The translations under genes and the position numbers were made by a program. Below, piece by piece: positions 1 to 9,820 of a DNA stretch of 60,369 bases. Every line of letters begins with the position of its first letter. Position 1 is the first letter of the stretch. The notes under the pieces are model-generated. The model did no database searches. It saw only the letters and a list, made by a program, of their open reading frames with translations, and was not told the origin of the DNA. The stretch lies in IMG/VR virus record IMGVR_UViG_3300013133_000005, positions 1-60,369 of that record, one strand, 5' to 3'. The stretch is from a virus (Duplodnaviria; Caudoviricetes).

Positions 1-173
1 CCGGAACATTGATGCTGTCCGATGGATCAATTCTTAAGCCGTCGCCAACCACGACCGGCGTTGGTACGTCTACTGATGAGAAAACATATACTATCACAGC
101 CGATGGCGTTCCAAAAGTATTTAAGTTTGTCAACGGCGTTCTTGTCGATGTTGTTAGTAGTGTGACGCCATAA
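1..173 (+). CDS. 3' end of a truncated gene, probably virion (tail/spike-like)
   Basis: Open frame from the window edge to TAA 171-173, ending ...KVFKFVNGVLVDVVSSVTP. Confidence 0.45.
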   Translation, partial: GTLMLSDGSILKPSPTTTGVGTSTDEKTYTITADGVPKVFKFVNGVLVDVVSSVTP

Positions 174-192
174 TAATTTCAAAGGAGACGTC

Positions 193-852
193 ATGTACGC
201 GCTTCGCGATAAGTACCCAATCAACAGCAAGCCCGAACTTGAGAAGGCGGCAGCGTACTTTGACAGGTACCTGACTCGCTTCAGCCCGGATGACAGGGTC
301 ATCATAGCGGTTAATATGTCGAAACAGGCATCGGCCCTGTCTGTCGATATTGACAGACCGTGGATCGACAACTATTCACGCATGGTGAAGACCGGTCAGT
401 ATTCTCCGGAGTTCGCCAAGCGCATGAATGATCGCAAGACGTTCATCAAGAATGCCAGCATTCAGGGTACCAGCGGGGCCGACAAGCTCGCCGCCCTTAT
501 CGACAAGGTTGTCGCAAGCCATGATAAGGTTGAATCGGTCAAGATGGTCGGTGTTGTTGCCGAGATTGACAAGCAGGCCAACCTGTGCGGTCTGTACGAC
601 AGCAAGATATCAGATCCTGTGATGACCGTATTTGGATGTTCGGCCGATCCGCATTTTGATGCGTACAGTGTCGGGCACTCCCTGACCAATTACGACATCG
701 AGAAGATCGCCCGCACAGAGTCGACGATGGAGAAGATTGCTTCGACTGTCGGTAAGGACGTGGCTGATGCCATACGGAAAGGCCAGGCGGAAGGATTCAG
801 GGGCCTGAGCAATAGCGCCAAGATAGCCATATCAGCCGTACTCAGGAGATAG
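193..852 (+). CDS. hypothetical protein, probably virion-associated
   Basis: 219 aa, SD AAGGAG upstream, many K-x-A/S motifs, upstream of portal. Confidence 0.6.
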   Translation: MYALRDKYPINSKPELEKAAAYFDRYLTRFSPDDRVIIAVNMSKQASALSVDIDRPWIDNYSRMVKTGQYSPEFAKRMNDRKTFIKNASIQGTSGADKLAALIDKVVASHDKVESVKMVGVVAEIDKQANLCGLYDSKISDPVMTVFGCSADPHFDAYSVGHSLTNYDIEKIARTESTMEKIASTVGKDVADAIRKGQAEGFRGLSNSAKIAISAVLRR

Positions 853-853
853 T

Positions 854-1600
854 GTGCCGTCCGACATTGCACAGAAATTGATGGACGCCCACATGGTGGG
901 TGACCAGCAGGCGATTCAGGCCATCCAAGCGCAGGTCGCCAAGATGGTTGAAGACGCTGCGCCCAAACCTTCTGGCGATGATGCGTTTAAGATCAGAACG
1001 ATATTCAGCGACGACAGTGCGTCAGCCATCAAGATGTACGACTTCATGAATGAAAGATTCGGAGCTGACTGGTATGACTGGGAACTTGAAACGATTGAGC
1101 GCATGCTTTTCATTGAATACGGCGTATCACTCGAAGACATCAACAGAGACAAGCTATTCGCCATCAGGCACGTTTGTCGCAGCGACGGCTGCTTCTCTGA
1201 CTGGTTCGAGTTCAATCAAGTTGCGCTATCTTTTGCCGGGTGCATTGCTGATTTTGAATGCCTTAGGGCTCCTTCACCTGGTATGCTTATCAATGCGGTG
1301 AAGACAGTAAAACACATCCGTCCCGACCGTAATGGTGAGTTTGGGATTGATGTGGAGAAGTATCTGTGCGTCGCCTTTATCAATGATGGGATCTACTGCC
1401 CTCCTCCGTCGCTGTTTGACTGGCTGAAGGACAGATTCAAGGCAATGGTACATGTGCCCACATCAAACATGTGGCAGGATATCCTGAAAAGGTCTCGCGA
1501 GATCATACAGGGCAGTCGTGACATTGAAGAGAATCCAGTAGACATACAGGCCGCCAGAATTGTTCGTACTGAATTGGCTGCACTATCTTACCAGGGATAA
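854..1600 (+). CDS. hypothetical phage protein
   Basis: 248 aa ORF tightly packed between neighbours. Confidence 0.65.
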   Translation: MPSDIAQKLMDAHMVGDQQAIQAIQAQVAKMVEDAAPKPSGDDAFKIRTIFSDDSASAIKMYDFMNERFGADWYDWELETIERMLFIEYGVSLEDINRDKLFAIRHVCRSDGCFSDWFEFNQVALSFAGCIADFECLRAPSPGMLINAVKTVKHIRPDRNGEFGIDVEKYLCVAFINDGIYCPPPSLFDWLKDRFKAMVHVPTSNMWQDILKRSREIIQGSRDIEENPVDIQAARIVRTELAALSYQG

Positions 1601-1603
1601 AAC

Positions 1604-3676
1604 ATGGCTAATGAAGGCGCAGCGGGAACTGGGCTTATCACCAACATGACTGGTGGTGATAAGAGTGGAAACACCAAGATTGCCTTTACTCGCGGCTCTC
1701 TGAAATACGACACTCCGTTCCTTGATATGACGAGTACGTTCATACCAAGGACAATCAAGGCCATTCTTCGATTCGTAGCTGCGTATGTTCTTGGCGATGG
1801 ACTTATTGCTCAGTGCATCGCCAAAATGGCCGAGTATCCAATTACCAGCCTGATCTACAACGATGACACGAAGGGGTCAATCAAGGACGACAAGTCTACC
1901 GAGTACTGGAAAGATCTCCTTGAAAAAAAGTTGAAGCTGTTGCGCGTTCTCAAGCAGTGCGGTATGGATTACTATGCGTACGGAAACTCAATCATCTCCA
2001 TCAGCTATCCGTTCATGCGCATGCTGGAGTGCCCGCGTTGCCACGTAAAGCACAATGCTGAATCTCTCAGGGTCAAGTTCCGTGGATTCAAGTTCTACGC
2101 CAATTGTACCACCAGGGGTTGCAACTACAATGGCGCCATGAACCCGAGCGACGTACTGACCAAAGAGATTTCGAAGATCTCCATTGTTCACTGGGACTTG
2201 ATGAACATCGACATCAAGTACAACAGCATCACTGGTGATCATTTCTACTTCTACACGGTTCCTGTTGATCTGGCGAATGCAATACGCCGTGGCGACATGG
2301 ATCTCGTGAAGACAACAAGGCTTGAGGTCATTGAGGCAGTTCGTCGTCGCAAGCAGTTGAAGCTGATGGCGGACAACGTGTTCCACATGAAGCGTCCTGC
2401 CCCTCAGTACATCATTCCTTCGGAACGCGGCTGGGGCATACCCGTCGTCATGCCGGTGATGAAGGACATCTTCCATATCAAGATTTTGAAGAAGGGCAAT
2501 GAGATGATCTCGTTTGATCACATTGTCCCACTTCGTCTTCTGTTCCCATCTGGAACTGGAGACATCAGCCCGCACGCTACGATGAATCTTGGGACATGGA
2601 GAACAAAGGTTGAGGCCGAGATTCAGAAGTGGCGAGCTGATCCAAACTATATCTCAATCATGCCGCTCCCTCTTGGTATGCAGAACCTCGGTGGCGACGC
2701 CAGGCTTCTCATGGTTACACCTGAGATCAAAATGACTGAGGATAGCATCATCACCGGTATTGGAATCATACCAGAAATAGTGCGCGGCGGTGCGACATGG
2801 TCTGGGAGCAACGTATCTCTCCGTGTGGTTGAAAACACGTTCCTCAATCACCGCGCAGACATTGACAGTCTCAAAGACTTCATTATCGACAACCTGTCGA
2901 CGTATCTCGGCAAGCCCAAGATCAACGTGTCCATGTCTGACTTCAAGATGGCCGATGACCTGCAGAAGAAACAGATGATGATACAGGCCGCAACAGGCGA
3001 CGCGCGGAATGCTGTTGTATCCAAAACAACTGTGACAAAGGAACTTGATTTCGATCCTGATGAAGAATTCGAATACATGAAGGAAGAGACCAAGAAGCGT
3101 ATCGAACTGGCTATCCAGCAGGCCGAGGGCGAAGCTGAAGCTCAGGGGGCCGCGTCCATTGTGGCAGCCCTGTATCAAGCTGACGCTCAAATGGAGAACC
3201 AGACTCGTCTTGAAACCCGTAATCGTGAGGCTCAGGCTCGTCGTGACAATGAGCGTGCGCTTATGAGCGAACAGAGCGCTGTTGGTGTTGATCAGGAGGT
3301 CGGCGGGCTGTCCAATCAGGCCGGTACACAGCCACAGGGTGTTTCGATACCGAACCTCATCCTTCTGCTTACCCAGAGGTTCTCAAGGCTTGCACAGGTT
3401 GATCGTAACGAGTTCAAGATTCGCATGCTTGCCATGAAGAATACTGCGCCAAACCTGTATCAGGAAGTCTATAACAACCTCAAGGAAATGAACCTCATTG
3501 AGGCCGATACAATGCCCGATCTGGCCACGGTGCAGCAATACACCCCTGGACAGATTCCAAGCGCTTCTCAGGGCGATTTGTATGCAGAACAGCCGCCTTC
3601 TACGGCAGAGGTTGGTGCAAGTGTCGGGGCGCTGCCAGAACAACGTCCTCCAAGATCGGTTTCATCGACTGTTTGA
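1604..3676 (+). CDS. phage portal protein with Zn-ribbon insertion
   Basis: Portal-like segments (KMAEYPIT, DYYAYGNSIIS, FHMK..RGWGIP, GIIPEIVRGG), CPRC...CTTRGC insert, C-terminal coiled coil. Confidence 0.7.
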   Translation: MANEGAAGTGLITNMTGGDKSGNTKIAFTRGSLKYDTPFLDMTSTFIPRTIKAILRFVAAYVLGDGLIAQCIAKMAEYPITSLIYNDDTKGSIKDDKSTEYWKDLLEKKLKLLRVLKQCGMDYYAYGNSIISISYPFMRMLECPRCHVKHNAESLRVKFRGFKFYANCTTRGCNYNGAMNPSDVLTKEISKISIVHWDLMNIDIKYNSITGDHFYFYTVPVDLANAIRRGDMDLVKTTRLEVIEAVRRRKQLKLMADNVFHMKRPAPQYIIPSERGWGIPVVMPVMKDIFHIKILKKGNEMISFDHIVPLRLLFPSGTGDISPHATMNLGTWRTKVEAEIQKWRADPNYISIMPLPLGMQNLGGDARLLMVTPEIKMTEDSIITGIGIIPEIVRGGATWSGSNVSLRVVENTFLNHRADIDSLKDFIIDNLSTYLGKPKINVSMSDFKMADDLQKKQMMIQAATGDARNAVVSKTTVTKELDFDPDEEFEYMKEETKKRIELAIQQAEGEAEAQGAASIVAALYQADAQMENQTRLETRNREAQARRDNERALMSEQSAVGVDQEVGGLSNQAGTQPQGVSIPNLILLLTQRFSRLAQVDRNEFKIRMLAMKNTAPNLYQEVYNNLKEMNLIEADTMPDLATVQQYTPGQIPSASQGDLYAEQPPSTAEVGASVGALPEQRPPRSVSSTV

Positions 3677-3760
3677 TCGTGTAGATAACCACCCAGGTCT
3701 TTCCGCACGATCAACGCCTGGCTCCGGGATGCGCCCCTGGGGCCAGTGCCTTTTCTAATG

Positions 3761-3772
3761 GCTAAAAAAAAG
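3761..3772 (-). terminator. U-tract 3' end of the ubiquitin-like operon
   Basis: GGCTAAAAAAAA on + (T8-AGCC on -) in a convergent gap with nearby GC hairpins. Confidence 0.4.
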
Positions 3773-3891
3773 ATGCTATGGGGTAAAATTGGGGGCCAAA
3801 GGCCCCGCTCTTTGCTATCGGCAAAGTACATTTATGCGTTTTGTAGCGTACTGCCGTCTCTTACTGGGTCACTTTGCGTTCAGGCGTGTAG

Positions 3892-4194
3892 CTACCTGCT
3901 CACATTTGCGCTCAGTAAGTAGTTCTCCAGATCAGAGATCGTCTTAATCTGTCGGAAATCGCCATCGGGAGACGAACATGAGATGATGGTGTCCTCTTCG
4001 TCTGAAAGATCAAACGAGAGAATATTCCCATTTTTGAGAGCCAATTCAGCCTGACCCTCAAGGGCTTCCGAACCCGGTTCCTGGTCATCCTTGAGTTTGG
4101 AACACGAAAGACGAAAAGAGCTGATCTCGGTTGCGGCGACGTACGTTACATCTAACGCATCTATGCCTTCTGCCGATTTCACTATCTTCAACAT
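3892..4194 (-). CDS. hypothetical protein, last gene of the Ub-like operon
   Basis: 100 aa, SD AAGGAG. Confidence 0.6.
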   Translation of the reverse strand: MLKIVKSAEGIDALDVTYVAATEISSFRLSCSKLKDDQEPGSEALEGQAELALKNGNILSFDLSDEEDTIISCSSPDGDFRQIKTISDLENYLLSANVSR

Positions 4195-4261
4195 CTGTAC
4201 TCCTTATAGGCCAAGGGAAGGCCCGACCGCCGTTAGACGGCCGGACCCGGATGACAACTGG

Positions 4262-4729
4262 TCAGTTGCCCTTGGTCTTCGTGGCGCAGATGATGCGCTC
4301 GGTCCCAGAGGCGGGACGCACGATCGGCGCGTTGGCATCGATCAGCGAGCCGTTTCCGAGACGGTACTCCTGGTACACCTGGGTGCCATCGGCACGGATG
4401 AAGTTTGACCGACGGCCCGCGTCGAGAGCGTTGAACGCCGACAGGACCGTGGTACCCTCTTCAACCGCAACTGCGATCATGGGCTCGGCGGCACCGAGAC
4501 GGATGATCTGCAGCTCGAACGGAAGGTTGCCCTTGGTCTGACGGGCGATGAACACCAGGTTGCCGTCGCGGAGAATCGTGTTCTCGTTGACAATGGCACC
4601 GTTGATGGACACCGCGCCCTGGACGAAGTTTTCCTCGGCCATTTCGAACAGCCGACCGACAGTCGAACCATCCTCCATCGCGAACGACTTGATCTCGGCA
4701 CCCAGCATCGCAAGCTTTGCTACCAACAT
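4262..4729 (-). CDS. tandem ubiquitin-like (beta-grasp) protein
   Basis: Two ~70-85 aa Ubl-like repeats (EDGSTVGRL...INGAIV..NTILRDG; EEGTTVLSA...GNGSLID), each ending TKGN; adjacent to E1. Confidence 0.75.
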   Translation of the reverse strand: MLVAKLAMLGAEIKSFAMEDGSTVGRLFEMAEENFVQGAVSINGAIVNENTILRDGNLVFIARQTKGNLPFELQIIRLGAAEPMIAVAVEEGTTVLSAFNALDAGRRSNFIRADGTQVYQEYRLGNGSLIDANAPIVRPASGTERIICATKTKGN

Positions 4730-4765
4730 TCTACTTCCTCCACGAATGAGTGAATAATGTCATGG

Positions 4766-5518
4766 CTACATTGCCATGACTGGGTCGCTCCCGAACACGC
4801 GCATAACAAACTGCTCGGGATACAGCGAGAAAAACACCTCATTCCACATCTTCGGAATCTTACCATTCGAATCCGAAAGCTTCCCGTTACCGTAGTGCGT
4901 GTTGAAATGCTGAATCACACGCCCGACAGCGAGAGACGCAAGGAATGAAGCTGTTGAAGCTATCGACTGAGAGGCTCCGCACGGGGATCTGTCAGCCGAC
5001 TCGTCTGAGTACAGTGTCTCCTTCCAAGCCTTCACCTCGGACGGGATCTGCGGGCAGAAGGCATACACGCGGCCTTCTTTCAGCCCCATCCTTGTTTCGA
5101 TTACCAGCTCGGTATTGAAGCTGCACCCAAGACACTGGTCGTAAATCTCTTGCCGGCTCTTCATCGTGTCCGTGAGAAGGAACACATATGTCGAGCGGGC
5201 GGATGGTTGGCCAGTAACCATCTCTGGGTAGGCTTCAATATCGAAGCCGCATTTCCGGTGAATCAGGTCTTTCATTGCCTCAACCTTGTGCATCCCAATG
5301 TGCTCAGGATAAAACTCTTGGTTGCATAGGTTGTGCTCTTCGACCTTGTCGCCGTCGAACAGTTTCAAAACACCCTGGCCCGTGTTGGAGTCGCCCCACC
5401 CCATTTGGGCCAGAGTCAAAGCAATCGTGCTTCCTGTTGCCCCGACGCCGATGAGAGAAATGCTTTTGCCTTTTATCTCTCTCGGGTCGAGTATTCCGAT
5501 TTGACGTACGTAGTCCAT
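4766..5518 (-). CDS. ThiF/E1-like activating enzyme
   Basis: GVGATGS nucleotide-binding loop, DGDKVEEHNLCNQ, KVEA, LLTD..SR, candidate catalytic Cys in SPCG. Confidence 0.9.
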   Translation of the reverse strand: MDYVRQIGILDPREIKGKSISLIGVGATGSTIALTLAQMGWGDSNTGQGVLKLFDGDKVEEHNLCNQEFYPEHIGMHKVEAMKDLIHRKCGFDIEAYPEMVTGQPSARSTYVFLLTDTMKSRQEIYDQCLGCSFNTELVIETRMGLKEGRVYAFCPQIPSEVKAWKETLYSDESADRSPCGASQSIASTASFLASLAVGRVIQHFNTHYGNGKLSDSNGKIPKMWNEVFFSLYPEQFVMRVFGSDPVMAM

Positions 5519-5524
5519 TGTTTG

Positions 5525-6523
5525 TTATGCTCCACCATTGAATCGTCCGGTGAACTGCGGAGAAACCGACCCAGACCTGATTACCTGCCGGTTCTTTTTC
5601 CCTCTTCCTCCACCCCTCATGTGCTTGTCGACGATCGCGCCGTACTCCTGCCGAGATGCCGTTGTTCTCTGTTGGCCGCCAACAACAACTACACGGCCAG
5701 GTGAACCAGGAGAAGAAGCAAACGGCAAACTTTCGTTCTCAAAGCCTTCATAGTCATAGTATGGGGGATAGCCCCCATGATGATCGTAATGACAACCACC
5801 ATGATAGCCGTCGCCAGAATAACCATGGGTGGTTTGAACCGGAACATTCAGAGCTTTGAGCTTCAACACTTTGGCTTTGATTTCATCCGCGACCGGGTCC
5901 TGCTTGGTAATCTTATCAATTTCAGACAGTTTTTCCGATGCGGACTTTGTTTCGGCTAATACGGACGCAATGAGTGCCAGCTTCTCGTCCAGTATGGCTT
6001 GGAATTCTGCTTCAGTTGGAGCATCGATCGTCCAAGGCACATGCTCGAACTTGATCTGGCGCTCATAGTCGAAGAACGCCACATCCATCTTATAGTCCTT
6101 GTTGACAATCACGCGGATGAGATACGATTGATTCTGGTTCATCCGCTCCAGTGATTGCTGCTCATCCTGATGAGATGCAAACACCCCCATCGTGTGATGG
6201 GAGTGACCCCACAGGCGCAGCTTACTCAGGTCGGCTACCCTTCCGTGCTCACACAACCAGTTGACAATCTGAGCCTCGCCTTCCGGTGAAATCTCACATG
6301 TACCGGACGTGATCAGCTGATGCTTTGGATAGAATATGTCGCGAATCTTGTAGGTATTCGGCTCCGTGTCGTCAACCACTCCGAAGAATCCAACCTCCTC
6401 GGAATGATTTTCGACAAGAGCCTTAATCCACAGAATCGACATCGCCGAGAACGTGATTGATGGGGGGATTTTCGCCCTAACATCAATCGACGTATATGTG
6501 CACTTGTCGTCTGTTGGCTTCAT
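5525..6523 (-). CDS. JAB/MPN metallopeptidase (Ubl processing / deconjugase)
   Basis: EEVGFFG and GHSHHTMGVFASHQD (HxH-x7-S-x2-D JAMM motif); start at 6523 overlaps upstream stop (ATGA), SD GAGGAG. Confidence 0.85.
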   Translation of the reverse strand: MKPTDDKCTYTSIDVRAKIPPSITFSAMSILWIKALVENHSEEVGFFGVVDDTEPNTYKIRDIFYPKHQLITSGTCEISPEGEAQIVNWLCEHGRVADLSKLRLWGHSHHTMGVFASHQDEQQSLERMNQNQSYLIRVIVNKDYKMDVAFFDYERQIKFEHVPWTIDAPTEAEFQAILDEKLALIASVLAETKSASEKLSEIDKITKQDPVADEIKAKVLKLKALNVPVQTTHGYSGDGYHGGCHYDHHGGYPPYYDYEGFENESLPFASSPGSPGRVVVVGGQQRTTASRQEYGAIVDKHMRGGGRGKKNRQVIRSGSVSPQFTGRFNGGA

Positions 6524-7599
6524 CGCGCTGTCTCCTCGGCTACAGGCCAATATGCAAGATGCGTACAGTACGCGTCAGTTGGCTCTGGGTTCTTGAGGAA
6601 TCGCAACATGATCTCAACCATCTGATCCAGATGGCACTCTGCTGCCGCTATCGCGAGTTGAGACATGTATCCACCAAGGCACGGATAGGTGTCGCGAACA
6701 TGGCCACACTGGAAATGGTCATATTCACGTTCCGTGTTCCAGACCCGTATTGTCGCATTGTCTTCATTGTTCGCGCCGAGAGTGGTCGGATTAGCAATCC
6801 ATCTCATATTGAAACCTATGAGCATGCGTCCAATGACACGGCGGTGGCCTTCGATTTCGACAGCCGTTGAAATCTCTTTCGTTTTGACAATCAGATACGT
6901 GTTGAACATTCCGACAGATTCCACATCGGAACACTGGCGCACGCGCTCGATCGCCGCAACCAGCTTATTGTAATTCGCCGCAGCATTGATGCTTCCATTT
7001 GAATCCATGCGATGGATGTATGACGCAAGATCTCTTTGTGCCGACACAAGAAGCGCAGCCTGCTCATCGACCCTTGTCCTCAACCTGTCAATAGCTCTTG
7101 CAGATTCGGCAGCAGAATTCATCGACAGATTTGTGTACATCGAGTAAATATCAGGTGGTGTCGGTGGCGTCGCGGTCGGCAACGGAGTCTGCGGATTTGT
7201 TACCTGATGTGTTACAGTTGTGGCCGCAGGCGCGTTCGCATCAACCGGTTCGAGTGGCGGCAGCACCGTCATATCGATAAGATGCTGCGGGTCGACATCT
7301 CCTGGCTCGTCGACATCTCCTGGCTCGTCGTCTGGATCCATTTCATCCATTTCATCCTGAGTTTCCTCGTCGGTGGTGAAATGGTATTGTCCGGGACTAT
7401 TGGCAGCAAGACACACATTGTGTGTGTTCTCATAGAACCCGATACCCACTTCTTCGGCGGCATCCACGAGATCATCTCTGCTCTCAAATACAAACTGGAT
7501 TCCGCCTGTCGCGTCGGGCGCCCACTCTTGAGCGCCCCTTATCAGCACTGGCAGCCGATCGCCAACCAACAGATCGGCCGCCACCCTCAGATAGACCAT
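6520..7599 (-). CDS. protein with C-terminal E2/UBC-like domain
   Basis: C-terminal GHVRDTYPCLGGY...YWP, paralogous to the upstream gene; acidic/Pro-rich linker and coiled coil. Confidence 0.6.
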   Translation of the reverse strand: MVYLRVAADLLVGDRLPVLIRGAQEWAPDATGGIQFVFESRDDLVDAAEEVGIGFYENTHNVCLAANSPGQYHFTTDEETQDEMDEMDPDDEPGDVDEPGDVDPQHLIDMTVLPPLEPVDANAPAATTVTHQVTNPQTPLPTATPPTPPDIYSMYTNLSMNSAAESARAIDRLRTRVDEQAALLVSAQRDLASYIHRMDSNGSINAAANYNKLVAAIERVRQCSDVESVGMFNTYLIVKTKEISTAVEIEGHRRVIGRMLIGFNMRWIANPTTLGANNEDNATIRVWNTEREYDHFQCGHVRDTYPCLGGYMSQLAIAAAECHLDQMVEIMLRFLKNPEPTDAYCTHLAYWPVAEETAR

Positions 7600-7611
7600 G
7601 TTTGCCTTTCG

Positions 7612-9735
7612 TTATGCGATTGTTGAAACAGGAATTGGAATTGCCCCTGCGAGTTCCTCATCAAACTTTACCTCTTCTGCAACCTGCTCCTTCGGGTATG
7701 GGAGAGGAATTGAGGGGTCTGGAACTTTGCCAAGGGCGATATCTTCTGATACCTCTGGCCACTGGTTGACATACGCTCCGGCAGAATCGTCGGTGTTGGC
7801 GTACCCCAAGAACAGCAGCAACTGCATTACCAGTTGATACAAGTCCTTGCTCTTGTACGCTTCCGCCATTCCGACTGCCAAGTTGCCATGGCATATGTGA
7901 CCATCTTGAAATACATGCGGCGCTTCCATGACTCTCCCGCTGAACGCCACGACGTGATTTTTCAAATTCCTGACCCTGACGGTGTGAGCCGTGTCATACC
8001 TGTCACTGTGCATGTATATGATGATATGGAAATCACCAATTTCATGCCAGCGCTTTGTGCGCTCGTCTTTCGCGTAGATTGTACGCGTGTAGATATGCAC
8101 GGCTTCGTTGATTATGAACATTGATCTGACATTCTTCATTTGCATAATCAGTTCATAATCAGCAGCCGCCTTTTCTTCCGCACTCTTGTGCTGCGCAGAA
8201 GTATCCATTGAATTCCACATCATGGATGATGTGTTGATTGTTTTGGAAAGCTCCAACATTTCGGTCTTCAGATTATTGAACCTGTCAATCTGCTCGTCGA
8301 GTTCTTCCTTAATGCGTTCCTTGGCCCTCCTGATCGACGACGTGGCTGCCCGAATCAGGTTGTTTTTGGTGGCCTGCCTCATCAACTTATAAACTTCTTC
8401 ATGGCGCTCAGCACAGGCCGTCTGAGAATTGGTGAGCTGATAATGAACATCAACAAATGAACCGTGGATCCTCCAGATGCTCTTGACGAGAAATACTATC
8501 TCGTTATTTTTCATGACAGCGTATACAACACCGGTCGCCCAATCCCTGAATATCTTATCGTATCCAGTGAGCGGACGATTCTTGGCGGTGTTGATTATTT
8601 CGTTGAGCTTTGTTGTCCTGGCTTGCGCGGTGAGGTTCCTATCAAGCCGTATCTTATCCAATTCGGCATTCAGACCCTGAGACTTCACGAATGCGATCTC
8701 GTTTATTGCGATGGGCTCACCAAGAACAGATGCTATGTTTTCGCCGCCGTCCTCGTAGTACATGAACCCTGAGTATTCCGGCCGAGTCATGATTGCCAGA
8801 TATTCAGTGGTGGTATCCAAGAACCTCTTTGTAACGGTATCGGCCTCTCGATACCCACAGTGTACCAGCATCACATGCTTGTTGAGATGCTTGGATATTG
8901 CAACGACGGCGTCGTAATCATGACTGTCCAGAGTTAAGCGCTTGATCCCAAACATCATGATCGCATACTCTTTGTCTTCGGGAAAGTCTATCGACGCCCC
9001 CATGCCATAGCGCCCTTCGTAATCATGGCGCAACCTTTGATAGGTGCTGATAATAGCATTCCGGCGATCGAGCCGCTTCTTCACCGGATCTTCAGGCGCA
9101 GGCGACTTTTCTTCAGCCTTACCGGGTTCGGACCGATTGGGCTTCTGATCGTTCGCCTGCGATTTCTTTTCAGTGACACCAAGAATATCATTCACCACAT
9201 TGGTTGTTGGATGCGCCTGAGCTGCGACATTTATAGCGCCAGTCGCCGCCTCTATTGCCTCTATTTCGTTGTTGTCGATGCCTGTATTGAAATCTTCCGC
9301 TTCCGTCGGCTGCAGAATCTCGAACCGCTCAAACGTCGACTGGAATGGATGCGCCTGTTTGTATCTGACCACCAGATCAGCAATCACGACGGTCACATCA
9401 GGCACGGCGCGAACTATATCAACGCACCTTCGATACTCACGAGACGCCTTGACGGCATCGCTGGTAAGCGAGTCCACCACACTGAATCGTGAGTAATAGG
9501 CGCACATATACAGCGTCATCCCTTGTACATCAGCAGCGCAGGTCGTCACTGGCGACCATGCCAGGGTTTGATTATCTACGTGTCTTCTGATGTAATCATA
9601 CACCATTCCGATGTATGAGAACTCTTCCTGCGGAATCGCATAACACGTCGCATCCATGAGGGCATGAGGAATCTTTGCCTCAATGCCAAGCGCGTCGACC
9701 AACCACTGATCGGCAAATCCAATAAATGGCCTCAT
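7612..9735 (-). CDS. coiled-coil protein with C-terminal E2/UBC-like domain
   Basis: APHVFQDGHICHGNL resembles the UBC HPN-x-G-x-ICL active site; first gene of the operon. Confidence 0.65.
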   Translation of the reverse strand: MRPFIGFADQWLVDALGIEAKIPHALMDATCYAIPQEEFSYIGMVYDYIRRHVDNQTLAWSPVTTCAADVQGMTLYMCAYYSRFSVVDSLTSDAVKASREYRRCVDIVRAVPDVTVVIADLVVRYKQAHPFQSTFERFEILQPTEAEDFNTGIDNNEIEAIEAATGAINVAAQAHPTTNVVNDILGVTEKKSQANDQKPNRSEPGKAEEKSPAPEDPVKKRLDRRNAIISTYQRLRHDYEGRYGMGASIDFPEDKEYAIMMFGIKRLTLDSHDYDAVVAISKHLNKHVMLVHCGYREADTVTKRFLDTTTEYLAIMTRPEYSGFMYYEDGGENIASVLGEPIAINEIAFVKSQGLNAELDKIRLDRNLTAQARTTKLNEIINTAKNRPLTGYDKIFRDWATGVVYAVMKNNEIVFLVKSIWRIHGSFVDVHYQLTNSQTACAERHEEVYKLMRQATKNNLIRAATSSIRRAKERIKEELDEQIDRFNNLKTEMLELSKTINTSSMMWNSMDTSAQHKSAEEKAAADYELIMQMKNVRSMFIINEAVHIYTRTIYAKDERTKRWHEIGDFHIIIYMHSDRYDTAHTVRVRNLKNHVVAFSGRVMEAPHVFQDGHICHGNLAVGMAEAYKSKDLYQLVMQLLLFLGYANTDDSAGAYVNQWPEVSEDIALGKVPDPSIPLPYPKEQVAEEVKFDEELAGAIPIPVSTIA

Positions 9736-9799
9736 ATCGTCCCCTAGTTAAAAAGAATTGTTGACGGGCACCCGAACGTTGCCCGGCGGTTAAATCTCC

Positions 9800-9820
9800 C
9801 ATTATTGTTGTTTCACAAAT
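9800..9820 (-). promoter_or_regulatory. recurrent 21-bp motif (putative phage promoter) upstream of Ub-like operon
   Basis: ATTTGTGAAACAACAATAATG on -, identical to 28017-28037. Confidence 0.65.

Noticed and set aside
4262-5518. ThiS/ThiF or MoaD/MoeB cofactor biosynthesis
   Set aside because: No ThiG or MoaE nearby; tandem Ubl, JAB and E2-like neighbours favour protein conjugation
7291-7330. 18-bp tandem duplication (DEPGDV twice)
   Set aside because: In-frame low-complexity linker expansion inside a CDS
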